From an uncultured Aliarcobacter sp. (lineage in GTDB: Bacteria; Campylobacterota; Campylobacteria; Campylobacterales; Arcobacteraceae): a stretch of 64,000 nt of DNA. A program made the translations under genes and the position numbers. Each line of letters starts with the position of its first letter. Within the stretch, counting starts at the first letter, position 1. Shown piece after piece: positions 29,509 through 41,769 of the stretch. The notes beneath the pieces are model-generated. The model was given only the letters and a program-made list of their open reading frames with translations. It did not search any database and had not been told where the DNA came from. The DNA lies in assembly GCA_963664305.2 (NCBI GenBank), contig CAXXLV010000002.1, positions 1,632,001 to 1,696,000 on the forward strand, read 5' to 3'.

Positions 29509-31464
29509 TTAACTTCTTGTTTTTACTGTAATCTTTTTAATATCAAATAACTCTTTTGCTTTATCTAACATCTTTGAATTTAATAAATCATTTAATTCTA
29601 ACTCTTTTTGAGATGGCGTTACAACTGAACTTTTTGTCATATCTGCCACACAACCTGCACTCATTTCAATAGATTCTAACATTGAACTTGTTTCTTCAAC
29701 ATCTAAACTATTTTCTTCTAAAGTCTCTTTTTGCTCAACTATTTCTTCTTTTTCATTTGTTGTTTCTAGTACGGAGGGTTCTTCCTTTTTAAAATCTAGT
29801 TCAACATCATTTCCAAAGATGTCTTGGGCAAAAGTTTTTATAATTCCAAAATGTTTATATAAAAGCTTTCTATCTTCATCTTGTGCATAAGAGATAATAT
29901 GAAGTTTATTATTTTCAAATCCATTAAATATAAAATTCTTTTCAAAACATTCACCTAAAGCATAATCTCTATCATATACTTTTGCAGTTAATTGGTCATA
30001 TAAATCATTTTTTTCATATACTTCTTCCTCTTCTTCAAAAGGAACAACTTCAATTTCTTGAGAACTATTTACAAAAACTTGTTCTTCATAAACTATAGGT
30101 TCAATTTCTAGCTCTTTTACTTCTTCAACTTTTTCTTCTTCAACTAAAATTCTAGCTGGTTTTTCCATATCAAGCTCATCAAATGGTGTTGCATAATGAA
30201 CTGTTTCAATTGAATCAGTTATTCCTAAATCAACAATATTATTTGTTTGAACTAATACTTCATCAAATGGTGTAACTTCTTCTATTCTAGTCTCTTCTTC
30301 AATAATAAGAGTTTTTTCTTCAACTTTTTGTATAACTGGTTTTTCCACAACTTTTTCTACAACAGTTCTTTCAACTATCACTTCTTTTTTAGGCTCAATT
30401 TTTTCAACTTGATTTATAATATCATCTATTGATCTTAAATTTGTTGCTTCAATCATTTTCATAAATGTTAAAATTAATACAAAAGTTCCATCACTATTAA
30501 TTGCTAATAGATGTTTTGCATCACTTAAAATTCTAAAAAATCTGTCAAATAAAAGTAAATCAAATCTTCTATCTTTTGAAATCATTTTATCTTTTAAATA
30601 AATTGTCATTTCATCACATATTTGAGAGACTTCATAGATTTCTAACTCTTTGATAATATCATTTACATCACCTTTATTTAAAATGATTGAAAAAATATTA
30701 TCCATAAGTTTTGGGTCAATAAGTCCTAACATATCAACAACACTTGTTGTGTTTACTTTTCCCTTTGAAAAAATTATAGCTTGGTCAAGAAGTGTTAAAG
30801 TATCTCTTAAACTTCCTTGTCCACTTCTTGCAAGTATTTCTAATGCATCTTTTTCAAAATCAATATTTTCTTCATTTAAAATATGTGATAAATGGTGAAT
30901 TACATCACTTTGAGCAATTTTATTAAATCTAAAATGTTGTGTTCTACTTAAAATTGTTGCAGGAAGTTTTAGTGGGTCTGTTGTTGCTAAAATAAATTTT
31001 ACAAATCCAGGAGGTTCTTCTAAAGTTTTTAATAAAGCATTAAAAGCTTGAGTTGTAAGCATATGAACTTCATCGATGATAAATACTTTAAATCTAGCGC
31101 TACTTGGTTTATATTTTGTATGTTCAATTAAATCTTTAATATCATCAATACCTCTATTTGAAGCGGCATCCATTTCAATAATATCAAGATGTCTATTTGA
31201 ATTTGCACTAATACAATTTGGACAAACTTCACAAGGTTTTGATGTAGGTCCATTTGAACATAAAAGTGCTTTTGCCATAATTCTGGCAGTTGATGTTTTT
31301 CCTGAACCTCTAAGTCCTGAAAAAAGATATGCATGTGATAATCTATTTAAATCTAAAGCTAAAGATAAAGTTTGAGAAACTGTACTTTGCCCAACTAAAT
31401 CCTCAAATCTTTGAGGTCTATATTTTAAAGCTAAAACTTTATCTTCTAAATTTTCTTTATTCAT
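29509..31464 (-). CDS. dnaX: DNA polymerase III subunit gamma/tau
   Basis: LALKYRPQRF, GLRGSGKTS, EMDAASNRG, DEVHMLT, NALLKTLEEPP. Confidence 0.96.
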   Translation of the reverse strand: MNKENLEDKVLALKYRPQRFEDLVGQSTVSQTLSLALDLNRLSHAYLFSGLRGSGKTSTARIMAKALLCSNGPTSKPCEVCPNCISANSNRHLDIIEMDAASNRGIDDIKDLIEHTKYKPSSARFKVFIIDEVHMLTTQAFNALLKTLEEPPGFVKFILATTDPLKLPATILSRTQHFRFNKIAQSDVIHHLSHILNEENIDFEKDALEILARSGQGSLRDTLTLLDQAIIFSKGKVNTTSVVDMLGLIDPKLMDNIFSIILNKGDVNDIIKELEIYEVSQICDEMTIYLKDKMISKDRRFDLLLFDRFFRILSDAKHLLAINSDGTFVLILTFMKMIEATNLRSIDDIINQVEKIEPKKEVIVERTVVEKVVEKPVIQKVEEKTLIIEEETRIEEVTPFDEVLVQTNNIVDLGITDSIETVHYATPFDELDMEKPARILVEEEKVEEVKELEIEPIVYEEQVFVNSSQEIEVVPFEEEEEVYEKNDLYDQLTAKVYDRDYALGECFEKNFIFNGFENNKLHIISYAQDEDRKLLYKHFGIIKTFAQDIFGNDVELDFKKEEPSVLETTNEKEEIVEQKETLEENSLDVEETSSMLESIEMSAGCVADMTKSSVVTPSQKELELNDLLNSKMLDKAKELFDIKKITVKTRS

Positions 31465-32246
31465 ATTTCACATTTCCTAATTTCAATATTGTTATTTTCC
31501 AAAATAGTCTCTACCATATTTATATTTATATGACCTGTATGTAAAATCAAGATTTTCAATTCTCCTTGATTTATATGTTCTCTATCTTTACTCAAATTCA
31601 AAAGTCTTTTTGCTATTGCATCACCTGTTTCAATTAAAACAACTTCTTCACCCATTATCTTTTTTATAACATTGTCAACTAAAGGATAATGTGTACATCC
31701 AAGAACTATTGTATCTACATTTGATGCTTTCATCGGTTTCAACCAATTTTCTAACATTTCATATGTTTTAGAATTATCAATTTCACCTTTTTCAATTTGT
31801 TCAACTAAACCAATACATGCTTGTTCATAAAGTTTTACTTTTTTTATAGATGATAAATCGTTTACTAAAAGTTGATATTTATCCCCTTTTAATGTTGCAG
31901 GTGTTGCTAGTATTCCTACATTTAAACTTTTTGTATTTAATATTGCAGGTTTAATTCCAGGTTCTGTTCCAATTACAATTAAAAATGGAAATTTTTCTCT
32001 CAAATGTTTTATCGCAGCACTTGTTGCAGTATTACAAGCAACAATCAAAGCCTCTATTCCATAATTTTCAAGTAAATATTCAGTTATTTTGTCACATCTA
32101 TTTAAAATCTCTTCAGATTTTTTCTCTCCGTAAGGAGCATACGCAGTATCAGCTATGTAAAAAATTTCAGCATTTCTAAAAACTTTTAAAATAGATTTTA
32201 GAACTGTTAATCCTCCAAGCCCAGAATCAAATACACCAACTTTCAA
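31461..32246 (-). CDS. murI: Glutamate racemase
   Basis: FDSGLGGLTV, PYGEK, VACNTAT, LGCTHYP. Confidence 0.96.
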   Translation of the reverse strand: MKVGVFDSGLGGLTVLKSILKVFRNAEIFYIADTAYAPYGEKKSEEILNRCDKITEYLLENYGIEALIVACNTATSAAIKHLREKFPFLIVIGTEPGIKPAILNTKSLNVGILATPATLKGDKYQLLVNDLSSIKKVKLYEQACIGLVEQIEKGEIDNSKTYEMLENWLKPMKASNVDTIVLGCTHYPLVDNVIKKIMGEEVVLIETGDAIAKRLLNLSKDREHINQGELKILILHTGHININMVETILENNNIEIRKCEI

Positions 32247-32320
32247 TTTATACCTTTATTAGTAATAAGTGATTATTTTAACATAAGTTTTTAAATAAAA
32301 TTATTAGGAGAAAGAAGAAA

Positions 32321-32349
32321 TAACAATACTCTTTATTAGAGTATTGTTA
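32321..32349 (-). terminator. Intrinsic terminator after gdhA
   Basis: taacaatactct / agagtattgtta 12-bp stem with a U-rich tail on the minus strand. Confidence 0.6.
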
Positions 32350-32358
32350 AAAAAAGAA

Positions 32359-33732
<1,374 letters not shown>

Positions 33733-33830
33733 TTAAAAAATTATTTTATCGAAAAATGTTTATATTTTATACAATAATGATAATATTTAATCATTTATAT
33801 AAAAAATATACTTTATTTGAAAGGTTACAA

Positions 33831-34496
33831 TTGTTTTATCACTATCATCCATATAAACCAATTTTAAATTCTGCAACAAAAAGCTTGATTATTGGAACTC
33901 TTCCTCCTCCTAGGTTTTCTATAAAAGAATTAAAACTAAAAGATGTAGATTTCCCTTATGGTTCTTGTGATAATCTTTTATGGCAAATCATTGATAAAAT
34001 TTATAAATTAGATTTACTTTTTGATAATTCTCCTATTGCTGTTATCCAAAGAGAAAAATTTTTAATAGACAATAATATAGGAATTTGTGATATTGTTGAA
34101 AGTTGTCAAAGAGAAAGATTTGATGCTAGTGATTTAGCTATGCAAAATGTAATTCTAAGAGATATTTTATACTACCTAGAAACTTATAAAAATATTGATA
34201 AAATCATTTTTACAGGTGGAAGTTCAAAAAACAGCCCTCAATATTTTCTAAAAAAAATACTAAAACAAAATGATATAAAATTTATTGTAAAAGAAAAAAA
34301 TAATCCAAAAATTCATCAATTTATATTTGATAATAGAGTTTTTACAACTTATTCTTTAATTTCTCCATCAAATGCAGCGAATAAATCTATTGGAGCAAAT
34401 ATTTTATTTAAACAAAAAAAAGAAAAAAATCCAAGATATACAACTTTTGATTTTAGAATTGATGAATATAAAAAAGTTTTTAAAAGTTTAGAATAA
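33831..34496 (+). CDS. Uracil-DNA glycosylase-like family protein
   Basis: HPYKP...LIIGTLPP...FPYGS..NLLW and SPS motifs; TTG start at 33831 after an AAGG RBS. Confidence 0.7.
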   Translation: MFYHYHPYKPILNSATKSLIIGTLPPPRFSIKELKLKDVDFPYGSCDNLLWQIIDKIYKLDLLFDNSPIAVIQREKFLIDNNIGICDIVESCQRERFDASDLAMQNVILRDILYYLETYKNIDKIIFTGGSSKNSPQYFLKKILKQNDIKFIVKEKNNPKIHQFIFDNRVFTTYSLISPSNAANKSIGANILFKQKKEKNPRYTTFDFRIDEYKKVFKSLE

Positions 34497-34512
34497 AAAA
34501 GAAAAATCTTTT

Positions 34513-35841
34513 TTATTCATTCATTGAGTTAAAGAACTCTTCGTTATCTTTTGTTTTTTGCATTTTTGAGTATAAGAATTTAAGAGCTTCAACTTCATCC
34601 ATTTGAGAAATTGCATTTCTTAAAATCCAAGTTTTTTGTAAAACATCAGGAGTAAGAAGTAACTCTTCTTTTCTTGTTCCAGATTTTGTAATATCAAGAG
34701 CTGGATAAACTCTTTTATTTGCAGCATTTCTACTTAAAACTACTTCACTATTTCCAGTTCCTTTGAACTCTTCAAAAATAACTTCATCCATTTTTGAACC
34801 AGTTTCAATAAGTGCTGTAGAAATAATTGTTAAACTACCACCCTCTTCAATATTTCTAGCAGCTCCAAAAAATCTTTTTGGTTTATGTAAAGCATTTGCA
34901 TCAACCCCACCTGAAAGAACTTTTCCAGAAGATGGTGTTACAGTATTATAAGCACGTGCAAGTCTAGTAATAGAATCAAGTAAAATTACAACATCTTTTC
35001 TCATTTCTACAAGTCTTTTTGCTTTTTCAATTACAATTTCAGCAACTCTAACATGATTTTGTGCAGGTAAATCAAAAGTAGAACTATAAACTTCACCTCT
35101 TACACTTCTTTGCATATCAGTTACCTCTTCAGGTCTTTCATCAATTAAAAGTACCATTAAAGTTACTTCAGGATGATTTCTACTAATTGCATGTGCTAAT
35201 TCTTTTAACAATTCAGTTTTACCAGTTTTTGGTGGAGCAACAATAAGTCCTCTTTGACCTTTACCCATTGGTGCAAAAAGGTCTAGCATTCTTCCTGTCA
35301 TTTTTTGAGAATCATATTCGAAGTTAAATCGTGATGTTGAATAAAGTGGCGTTAAGTTATCAAATAAAGGTCTATTTTTTGATTCTTTAACTGGTAGATA
35401 ATTTATTGCTTCAATTTTTAATAAAGCATTATATTTTTCACTCTCTTTGTTAGGAGGTCTTACCTGCCCTGTTACGATATCTCCTGTTCTTAATGCAAAT
35501 TTTCTAATTTGAGTTGCACTTACATAAGAATCATTTGATGTATCAGAGAAATTACCATCAATTGCTCGAAGGAAACCAAATCCCCCTTCTTTAATCTCTA
35601 AAATTCCTGTAAATAAAATAAATCCACCAGCATCAATTTGAGATTTAAGAATCATAAACATTAAATCTTGTCGTTTTAATTCTTGAGGATTTTCAACTTC
35701 TAATTCATTTGCTATATTGATTAGTTCTTCTAAAGGTAATTCCCTTAGTTGTTCAATTTTATAACCTTCAACAGGAATATGTGTTCTTGTTTTTTTTGAG
35801 TTTGTCGTTTTTACTTTCGTTTCTTCTTTAGACTCTTCCAT
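34513..35841 (-). CDS. rho: Transcription termination factor Rho
   Basis: [46 protein letters not shown]. Confidence 0.98.
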   Translation of the reverse strand: MEESKEETKVKTTNSKKTRTHIPVEGYKIEQLRELPLEELINIANELEVENPQELKRQDLMFMILKSQIDAGGFILFTGILEIKEGGFGFLRAIDGNFSDTSNDSYVSATQIRKFALRTGDIVTGQVRPPNKESEKYNALLKIEAINYLPVKESKNRPLFDNLTPLYSTSRFNFEYDSQKMTGRMLDLFAPMGKGQRGLIVAPPKTGKTELLKELAHAISRNHPEVTLMVLLIDERPEEVTDMQRSVRGEVYSSTFDLPAQNHVRVAEIVIEKAKRLVEMRKDVVILLDSITRLARAYNTVTPSSGKVLSGGVDANALHKPKRFFGAARNIEEGGSLTIISTALIETGSKMDEVIFEEFKGTGNSEVVLSRNAANKRVYPALDITKSGTRKEELLLTPDVLQKTWILRNAISQMDEVEALKFLYSKMQKTKDNEEFFNSMNE

Positions 35842-35920
35842 GAGTATGTTTGCCTTTGATTTTACATAATAAGATATGTAGTTTTTGTAGTTTTTTGTAG
35901 TTTTTTAAAGTAATGCCGTA

Positions 35921-35949
35921 ATTGTAGTGTTTATTTGAGAATTTGTCAA
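35921..35949 (-). promoter_or_regulatory. Sigma70 promoter of rho
   Basis: TTGACA (35949-35944), 17-bp spacer, TACAAT (35926-35921) on the minus strand. Confidence 0.7.
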
Positions 35950-35966
35950 TAAAATCTATTTTTAAT

Positions 35967-35995
35967 AAAAAAAGGTACCAATATATGGTACCTTT
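35967..35995 (-). terminator. Intrinsic terminator after ahpC
   Basis: aaaggtacca / tggtaccttt stem with a U tract on the minus strand. Confidence 0.7.
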
Positions 35996-36013
35996 AATGC
36001 TAAAAAATAAATA

Positions 36014-36610
36014 TTATAATTTACCTTCATTTTTTGCTAAGTACTCAGCAACACCAGCAGTGTTAGCTTTCATACCTTCGTCACCTTTTGCCCAACCAGC
36101 TGGACAAACTTCACCATGCTCATTTGTAAATAACATTGCATCTACCATTCTGATCATTTCATCAATATTTCTTCCTAATGGTAAATCATTAACTACTGCA
36201 TGTCTGATTGTTCCATCTGCATCAATTAAGAAAGAACCTCTTAATGCAACAGATTCTCCAAATAATACATCGTAATCTCTTGAAATTGATTTTGATAAGT
36301 CTGCAACTAATGGGAATTTTACTCTTCCGATTCCACCATTTTCAACTGGTGTTTCTCTCCATGCAAAGTGTGAGAATTGAGAATCAACTGAACAACCAAT
36401 TACAGAAATTCCTCTTGAAGTAAATTCATCAATTCTTTTTGAGAAAGCAATAATTTCAGATGGACAAACGAATGTAAAATCTAATGGGTAAAAGAATAAT
36501 ACTGCACCTTTTTCACCAATGTTTTCATATAAATTAAAGTTTTCAACTATTTGACCATCTGCAAGTACAGCCTTTGCTGTAAAATCTGGAGCTTTTTTTG
36601 TAACTAACAT
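36014..36610 (-). CDS. ahpC: 2-Cys peroxiredoxin
   Basis: FYPLDFTFVCPSE and GEVCPAGW. Confidence 0.93.
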   Translation of the reverse strand: MLVTKKAPDFTAKAVLADGQIVENFNLYENIGEKGAVLFFYPLDFTFVCPSEIIAFSKRIDEFTSRGISVIGCSVDSQFSHFAWRETPVENGGIGRVKFPLVADLSKSISRDYDVLFGESVALRGSFLIDADGTIRHAVVNDLPLGRNIDEMIRMVDAMLFTNEHGEVCPAGWAKGDEGMKANTAGVAEYLAKNEGKL

Positions 36611-36864
36611 TTTTTAATCCTTTTGTAATTTTATTAATTTTTTTTATCGTAGCGAAATTATATAACAAAAAATTTAAAACAAACTGTATTTTAGCTTAAA
36701 TTTTTAAATTTATGAAAATATTTATTTCTTAATAATAATTATCCTATTTAATCTTTTTAAAAAAGTTACAGTTTAAAAAACTGATATTTTTAATTTAGAT
36801 TTTTTAAAGATACTTTTATATTTACTGTGATAAAGTTTGTTAAAATTTAATAAGGAGATATACA

Positions 36865-37137
36865 ATGGCAGTAAAAATTACTGATATCTGTATTAGTTGT
36901 GATGCTTGTTTAGATGAGTGTCCAGTAGAAGCAATCGTAGATAATGATGAAAATCCAACAGGGCAAGATACATATTATGTATATGCTGACAAATGTGTTG
37001 AGTGTGTAGGTCATAATGATTCTCCTGCATGTGCTGATGCATGTCCAACTGAAGGATGTATTGTATGGGATGAAGCTGGTTCTGGTTCAGTAGAAAAAGA
37101 AGACAGAGGAACTCCTGGTACTCCTGTAGTTGAATAA
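36865..37137 (+). CDS. fdxA: 2[4Fe-4S] ferredoxin
   Basis: CISCDACLDECP and CVECVGH...CADACP; divergent from ahpC. Confidence 0.85.
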   Translation: MAVKITDICISCDACLDECPVEAIVDNDENPTGQDTYYVYADKCVECVGHNDSPACADACPTEGCIVWDEAGSGSVEKEDRGTPGTPVVE

Positions 37138-37165
37138 TTAATTTAATTAATTTTACTATTATTTT

Positions 37166-37197
37166 AAAGGCAAGTAATATTTTACTTGCCTTTTTTT
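37166..37197 (+). terminator. Intrinsic terminator after the ferredoxin gene
   Basis: aaaggcaagtaa / ttacttgccttt stem followed by a T tract. Confidence 0.75.
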
Positions 37198-37247
37198 ATT
37201 TTTTTCGATATAATCCGCGACTTAAAAAAAATCGAGGAATATAAGCA

Positions 37248-37661
37248 ATGGAACAAACATTATCAATCATCAAACCAGATGCTGTAGCAAAAAATGTAGT
37301 TGGAAAAATCTTAGATAGATTTGAAACAGCTGGATTAAGAATTGCAGCAACTAAAAAAATGCAATTAAGCAAAGCTGATGCAGAAGCTTTTTATGCAGTT
37401 CACGCAGCTAGACCTTTCTTTAAAGATTTAGTTGAATTTATGATTTCAGGACCAGTTGTAGTTTCAGTTTTAGAAGGTGAAAATGCAATGGCTAAAAATA
37501 GAGAATTAATGGGTGCAACTAATCCTAAAGAAGCAGCAGCTGGAACAATCAGAGCAGATTTTGCAGAATCAATTGATGCAAATGCAGTTCATGGTTCAGA
37601 TTCATTAGAAAATGCAGCAATCGAGATTAATTTCTTCTTTGCACAAAAAGAAATTTGTTAA
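37248..37661 (+). CDS. ndk: Nucleoside diphosphate kinase
   Basis: [26 protein letters not shown]. Confidence 0.98.
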   Translation: MEQTLSIIKPDAVAKNVVGKILDRFETAGLRIAATKKMQLSKADAEAFYAVHAARPFFKDLVEFMISGPVVVSVLEGENAMAKNRELMGATNPKEAAAGTIRADFAESIDANAVHGSDSLENAAIEINFFFAQKEIC

Positions 37662-37687
37662 TTAACTATTAATAATTTAGTTTTATA

Positions 37688-38065
37688 ATGAAAATTGAAT
37701 TTAAGAAAGTACCACAAATTCGTAAAGAATTATTAACTGAACTTAATTCAGTTAAAATTGAAGGTACTTTTTGTAGAATATCGCAATCATTAGTAAAAAT
37801 TGATGCTGTATTAAAAGGTAATACAGAAATCAATTGTTGTAGATGCGGAACTACTGAAGTTATAGAAGTTGATGAAGAACTTAAATTACTTTTAAGTGAT
37901 GGTATCTATAAAGGTAATGAAGAGGAATACTTAGTAATTGAAGTAGAAAATAGTTTAATTGACTTTGATGAAATAATTGAAAGTGAATTAAATAGTATAA
38001 GAAGTGACTATTATATATGTGATGAATGTTCACAATATGGTGACAATTTTGAAAAAGAATTTTAA
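37688..38065 (+). CDS. YceD/DUF177-like protein
   Basis: CCRC and CDEC motifs; lies upstream of rpmF. Confidence 0.7.
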   Translation: MKIEFKKVPQIRKELLTELNSVKIEGTFCRISQSLVKIDAVLKGNTEINCCRCGTTEVIEVDEELKLLLSDGIYKGNEEEYLVIEVENSLIDFDEIIESELNSIRSDYYICDECSQYGDNFEKEF

Positions 38066-38076
38066 GGAGAATTAAA

Positions 38077-38229
38077 ATGGCAGTACCTAAGAGAAGAGTA
38101 TCTCATACTAGATCAGCAAAAAGAAGAACACACTACAAAATAACATTAAAAAAACCTGTTAAAGATAGCGATGGTTCTTGGAAAATGCCTCACATGGTTA
38201 ATCCAAATACTGGTGAATATAAAAACTAA
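38077..38229 (+). CDS. rpmF: 50S ribosomal protein L32 (not in the ORF track)
   Basis: [21 protein letters not shown]...TGEYKN*, 50 aa, AGGAG RBS, TAATG overlap with plsX. Confidence 0.95.
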   Translation: MAVPKRRVSHTRSAKRRTHYKITLKKPVKDSDGSWKMPHMVNPNTGEYKN

Positions 38230-39236
38230 TGCTAAAAATTGCAATAGATGCTATGGGTGGGGACTTCGGTCCTGAACCTATAATAGAAGGCTTAATAAGC
38301 GCACTTAAAAAAAACAATAACTTCAAAGCAATAGCTGTTGGTAAAAAAGACCAACTTTTAGAACTTATCCCACAAAATTTTCTGTCAAGAATTGAAATAT
38401 TAGATACAAATGATGTAATCAGTATGAGTGATTCAGCAACAGATGCACTAAAAAGAAAAGATTCAACTATTTATAAAGCCATTGAATTAGTAAGAGAAGG
38501 AAATGCAGACGCTGTTGTTTCTGCTGGACATTCTGGTGCTTCAATGTCTCTTGCAACATTAAGAATAGGAAGAATTAAAGGTGTAAGTAGACCTGCAATT
38601 GCAACATTAATGCCAACAAGCGAAAATCAAAATACTCTAGTATTAGACGTTGGAGCAAATGTTGACAGTGATGCAAAAAACTTATTCGAATTTGCTGTTA
38701 TGGGACAAGTTTATGCTCAATATGCATTAAGACTTGATGAACCAATAGTTGGTCTTTTAAGTAATGGTGAAGAAGATAGTAAGGGTAATGAAGTAACTAA
38801 AGAAGCTTATAAACTTATATCTAAAATCCCAAATTTTGCTGGAAATGTTGAAGGTAGTGATATTTTCAAAGGAACAGTAGACGTTGTTGTTTGTGATGGT
38901 TTTGTTGGTAATATATTACTTAAAACAGCTGAAGGTGTTGCAGACACTATTGGTAAAATTATTAAAAAGAATTTAAAAAGATCTCTAATTTCAATTGCTG
39001 GTGCAGTTCTTATGAGAAAAGTTTTCAAAAACTTAAAAGTAAGAGTTGATTATGCTGAATACGGTGGAGCACCACTTTTAGGAGTAAAAGCACCTGTTAT
39101 AATTGCTCATGGAAAATCTAATCCAAAAGCAATTCAAAATGCAATATTCCAAGCAATTAATGCAGCAAGTTCAAATTTAGATAATATAATTGAACAGAGA
39201 TTAGAGAAATATAGTAGTACACAACAAGAAAATTAA
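38229..39236 (+). CDS. plsX: Phosphate acyltransferase
   Basis: [39 protein letters not shown]. Confidence 0.97.
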   Translation: MLKIAIDAMGGDFGPEPIIEGLISALKKNNNFKAIAVGKKDQLLELIPQNFLSRIEILDTNDVISMSDSATDALKRKDSTIYKAIELVREGNADAVVSAGHSGASMSLATLRIGRIKGVSRPAIATLMPTSENQNTLVLDVGANVDSDAKNLFEFAVMGQVYAQYALRLDEPIVGLLSNGEEDSKGNEVTKEAYKLISKIPNFAGNVEGSDIFKGTVDVVVCDGFVGNILLKTAEGVADTIGKIIKKNLKRSLISIAGAVLMRKVFKNLKVRVDYAEYGGAPLLGVKAPVIIAHGKSNPKAIQNAIFQAINAASSNLDNIIEQRLEKYSSTQQEN

Positions 39237-39265
39237 TACTACTATATCAAATTAAGGATATGTAA

Positions 39266-40264
39266 ATGACATATGCAGCTTTTAGATCTATTGGAGCTTA
39301 TATTCCTCCAAAGATTATGACAAATGCAGATTTTGAAAAAATTATTGATACTAGTGATGAATGGATTACTAAAAGAACTGGTATTAAAGAAAGAAGAATT
39401 TCAGAAGTTGATGAAGCTTCATCTGATTTAGGAGCAAGAGCAGCGGAAGTTGCTATTGAAAGAGCAGGAATATCTAAAGAAGAGATTGATTTAGTTATTT
39501 GTGCTACTGTTACTCCTGATTATTTATGTATGCCATCAACTGCATGTTTAATTGCGTCAAAATTAGGACTTCCACCTGTAATGGCTTATGATATTAGTGC
39601 TGCATGTACAGGATTTGTATATGCACTTAGTGTTGCAAAAGCATTTATTGAATCTGGAATGAAAAAAAATGTACTTATTGTTGGTGCAGAAACATACAGT
39701 TCAATTTTAGATTATACAGATAGAGGAACTTGTTTTATCTTTGGGGATGGTGCAGGAGCAGCAATTATTTCTGCAACAACAAATAAAGATGAAGCAATTA
39801 TTGATGTTAATTGTTCAAGTGATGGGAATTATGAAGATTTAATTAAAACTCCTGGTGGTGGAAGTAAACATCCATGTTCACAAGAAGTTTTAGAAAATAA
39901 AATGGCATGTATAAAAATGAAAGGTAATGAAACTTTTAAACTTGCTGTTAAAACATTAACTTCTGACGTTCAAGTAATGATGCAAAAACATAATCTTACA
40001 AATGAGGATATAAAACACTTTATTCCTCATCAAGCAAACTATAGAATTATAAAAGCTGTAGGTGAAGCTTTAGGATTAAGTGATGAACAAACTGTTGTAA
40101 CTGTAGATAAATACGGAAATACTTCAGCTGCATCTATTCCTATGGCAATGAACTATGCTTATGAACAAGGTAGAATAAAAGCTGGTGATACAGTACTTTT
40201 TGATGCCTTTGGTGGTGGATTAACTTGGGGTTCTGCTCTATTTAAATTCGCACCAAAAAAATAA
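39266..40264 (+). CDS. fabH: Beta-ketoacyl-ACP synthase III
   Basis: DISAACTGF, FGDGAGA, PHQANYRII, YGNTSAASIP. Confidence 0.97.
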   Translation: MTYAAFRSIGAYIPPKIMTNADFEKIIDTSDEWITKRTGIKERRISEVDEASSDLGARAAEVAIERAGISKEEIDLVICATVTPDYLCMPSTACLIASKLGLPPVMAYDISAACTGFVYALSVAKAFIESGMKKNVLIVGAETYSSILDYTDRGTCFIFGDGAGAAIISATTNKDEAIIDVNCSSDGNYEDLIKTPGGGSKHPCSQEVLENKMACIKMKGNETFKLAVKTLTSDVQVMMQKHNLTNEDIKHFIPHQANYRIIKAVGEALGLSDEQTVVTVDKYGNTSAASIPMAMNYAYEQGRIKAGDTVLFDAFGGGLTWGSALFKFAPKK

Positions 40265-40285
40265 AATAGGTTTTAACCTATTTTA
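40262..40285. terminator. Likely bidirectional terminator between fabH and azlD
   Basis: taaaataggtt / aacctatttta inverted repeat between convergent genes. Confidence 0.55.
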
Positions 40286-40603
40286 TACTAACTGAACTAA
40301 TCCCATATAAAAAATCGTTCCTACAAAAATTGAAATCAAATAATTTTTAAATGTTAAATGTAAAATTGCTGTAAATATAATAGCAACTATCTCTTTTAAA
40401 CCATATGGAAATATTGAAAACTCTACATCTTTTAAAGTAAAAACAATTAAAATTGTCATAATCACTGCAGGGAAATATTTTCCTAAAAATAAAAAATAGT
40501 TTGGTAACTCTTTGTTTCTAAAAAATAAAAATGGTAAAGCCCTTACAAAATAACTAATAATTGACATTATTGCAATTGCAATAAAAATTTCACTGTTATT
40601 CAT
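40283..40603 (-). CDS. azlD: Branched-chain amino acid exporter small subunit
   Basis: RALPFLFF, LGKYFP, LISIFVGT; follows azlC. Confidence 0.8.
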   Translation of the reverse strand: MNNSEIFIAIAIMSIISYFVRALPFLFFRNKELPNYFLFLGKYFPAVIMTILIVFTLKDVEFSIFPYGLKEIVAIIFTAILHLTFKNYLISIFVGTIFYMGLVQLV

Positions 40604-41282
40604 TTTCTATCTTTTTTTGAAATAAAAAAATCATTGCTATAGAAATAAAAATAGATACTATTAACATTTTATCACTAGGAACAAATATTAAAGAAAATAG
40701 TGAAGAAATAAAAGCAATAATGAATGGTATAGCATTTTTTAAATTTTTGTATTGTTCAATACATAAAACCACAAAAAGTGCTGTTAATGAAAATTCTAAA
40801 CCTTGTGTTTGAAATTTAATATTCGAACCAAAAACTGCACCTAAAGTTGAACCAATTAACCAATATAATTGACTAAAAAATAGTAAAAAAAAGTAATACC
40901 ACTTTTTATTTAAACTCTCATCATCTTTTATAGATGTTAATAAAGCATAGTTTTCATCTGTTAGAGCAAAAATCAAATAAGGTTTTAGTTTTCCAGAATT
41001 ATTAAATCTCTTTAATAAAGATAAACCATAAAAAGCTTGTCTAATATTTATAAAAAAAGAGGCTATTGCTATATCTACATACCCAGCTTTTATATTAAAA
41101 AAATTGATTGCAATAAATTGTAAAGCTCCTGTATAAATAAAAAAAGACATAATAGGAGCTAAGTACCAAGAATAATCAAAAGAGACTAACAGTAAGCCAA
41201 ATGCAAAGCCTAAAACTAGATATCCCATCATTATAGGGATAGAGATTTTAAAAGCTTTTTTTAATTCATTTTCATATTTCAA
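40596..41282 (-). CDS. azlC: Branched-chain amino acid exporter
   Basis: GYLVLGFAFG, YTGALQF, NIRQAFYGLS, LTDENYA. Confidence 0.88.
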   Translation of the reverse strand: MKYENELKKAFKISIPIMMGYLVLGFAFGLLLVSFDYSWYLAPIMSFFIYTGALQFIAINFFNIKAGYVDIAIASFFINIRQAFYGLSLLKRFNNSGKLKPYLIFALTDENYALLTSIKDDESLNKKWYYFFLLFFSQLYWLIGSTLGAVFGSNIKFQTQGLEFSLTALFVVLCIEQYKNLKNAIPFIIAFISSLFSLIFVPSDKMLIVSIFISIAMIFLFQKKIENE

Positions 41283-41294
41283 TATTTTATGTCT

Positions 41295-41729
41295 TTAGTT
41301 AAATTTCTTATTATTTGGATTATTTTTAAATACATTAAATGAATTCTTTTTTAAATCTTTATTGAATTTGTCAACTGTCGCTACAGAATTGATATATAAA
41401 ATTGATTCATCTACAATTATTTGAAAGATTGAATGTAAAGGAATTTTTACAACACTACCAAAATTTTCATTTCCGAAACCAGCTTCAAAACTTAAAAATT
41501 CATCATCAACTTGTACAGTTGTATATGTATAATTACTCAAAATAAATAAAGAAAATTTATGCATTTGTTCTTTTATAACTTTTGGTAATTCAGGATTAAA
41601 TGTAATTGGTTCGATATTTGCTGTTATTGAAAATTCTTGATTTTTTTCTAATAAAAATAAAATAGTTTCTTTTATCTGCTTTTCTACTAAAATTCTATAA
41701 TTATCATTTTCTACAATATCTCGAATCAT
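41295..41729 (-). CDS. Hypothetical protein, possibly SspB-like fold
   Basis: LSFEAGFG...VKIPLHSIFQI resembles the SspB pattern; weak. Confidence 0.45.
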   Translation of the reverse strand: MIRDIVENDNYRILVEKQIKETILFLLEKNQEFSITANIEPITFNPELPKVIKEQMHKFSLFILSNYTYTTVQVDDEFLSFEAGFGNENFGSVVKIPLHSIFQIIVDESILYINSVATVDKFNKDLKKNSFNVFKNNPNNKKFN

Positions 41730-41769
41730 AATTTATTCCTATTTTAAAAATTTGATGCTATTATAACTT

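Noticed and set aside
30381..30396. dnaX programmed -1 frameshift site
   Set aside because: The A run reads CCT AAA AAA GAA, which is not in the A AAA AAG phase used in E. coli, and I saw no clear downstream stimulatory hairpin.
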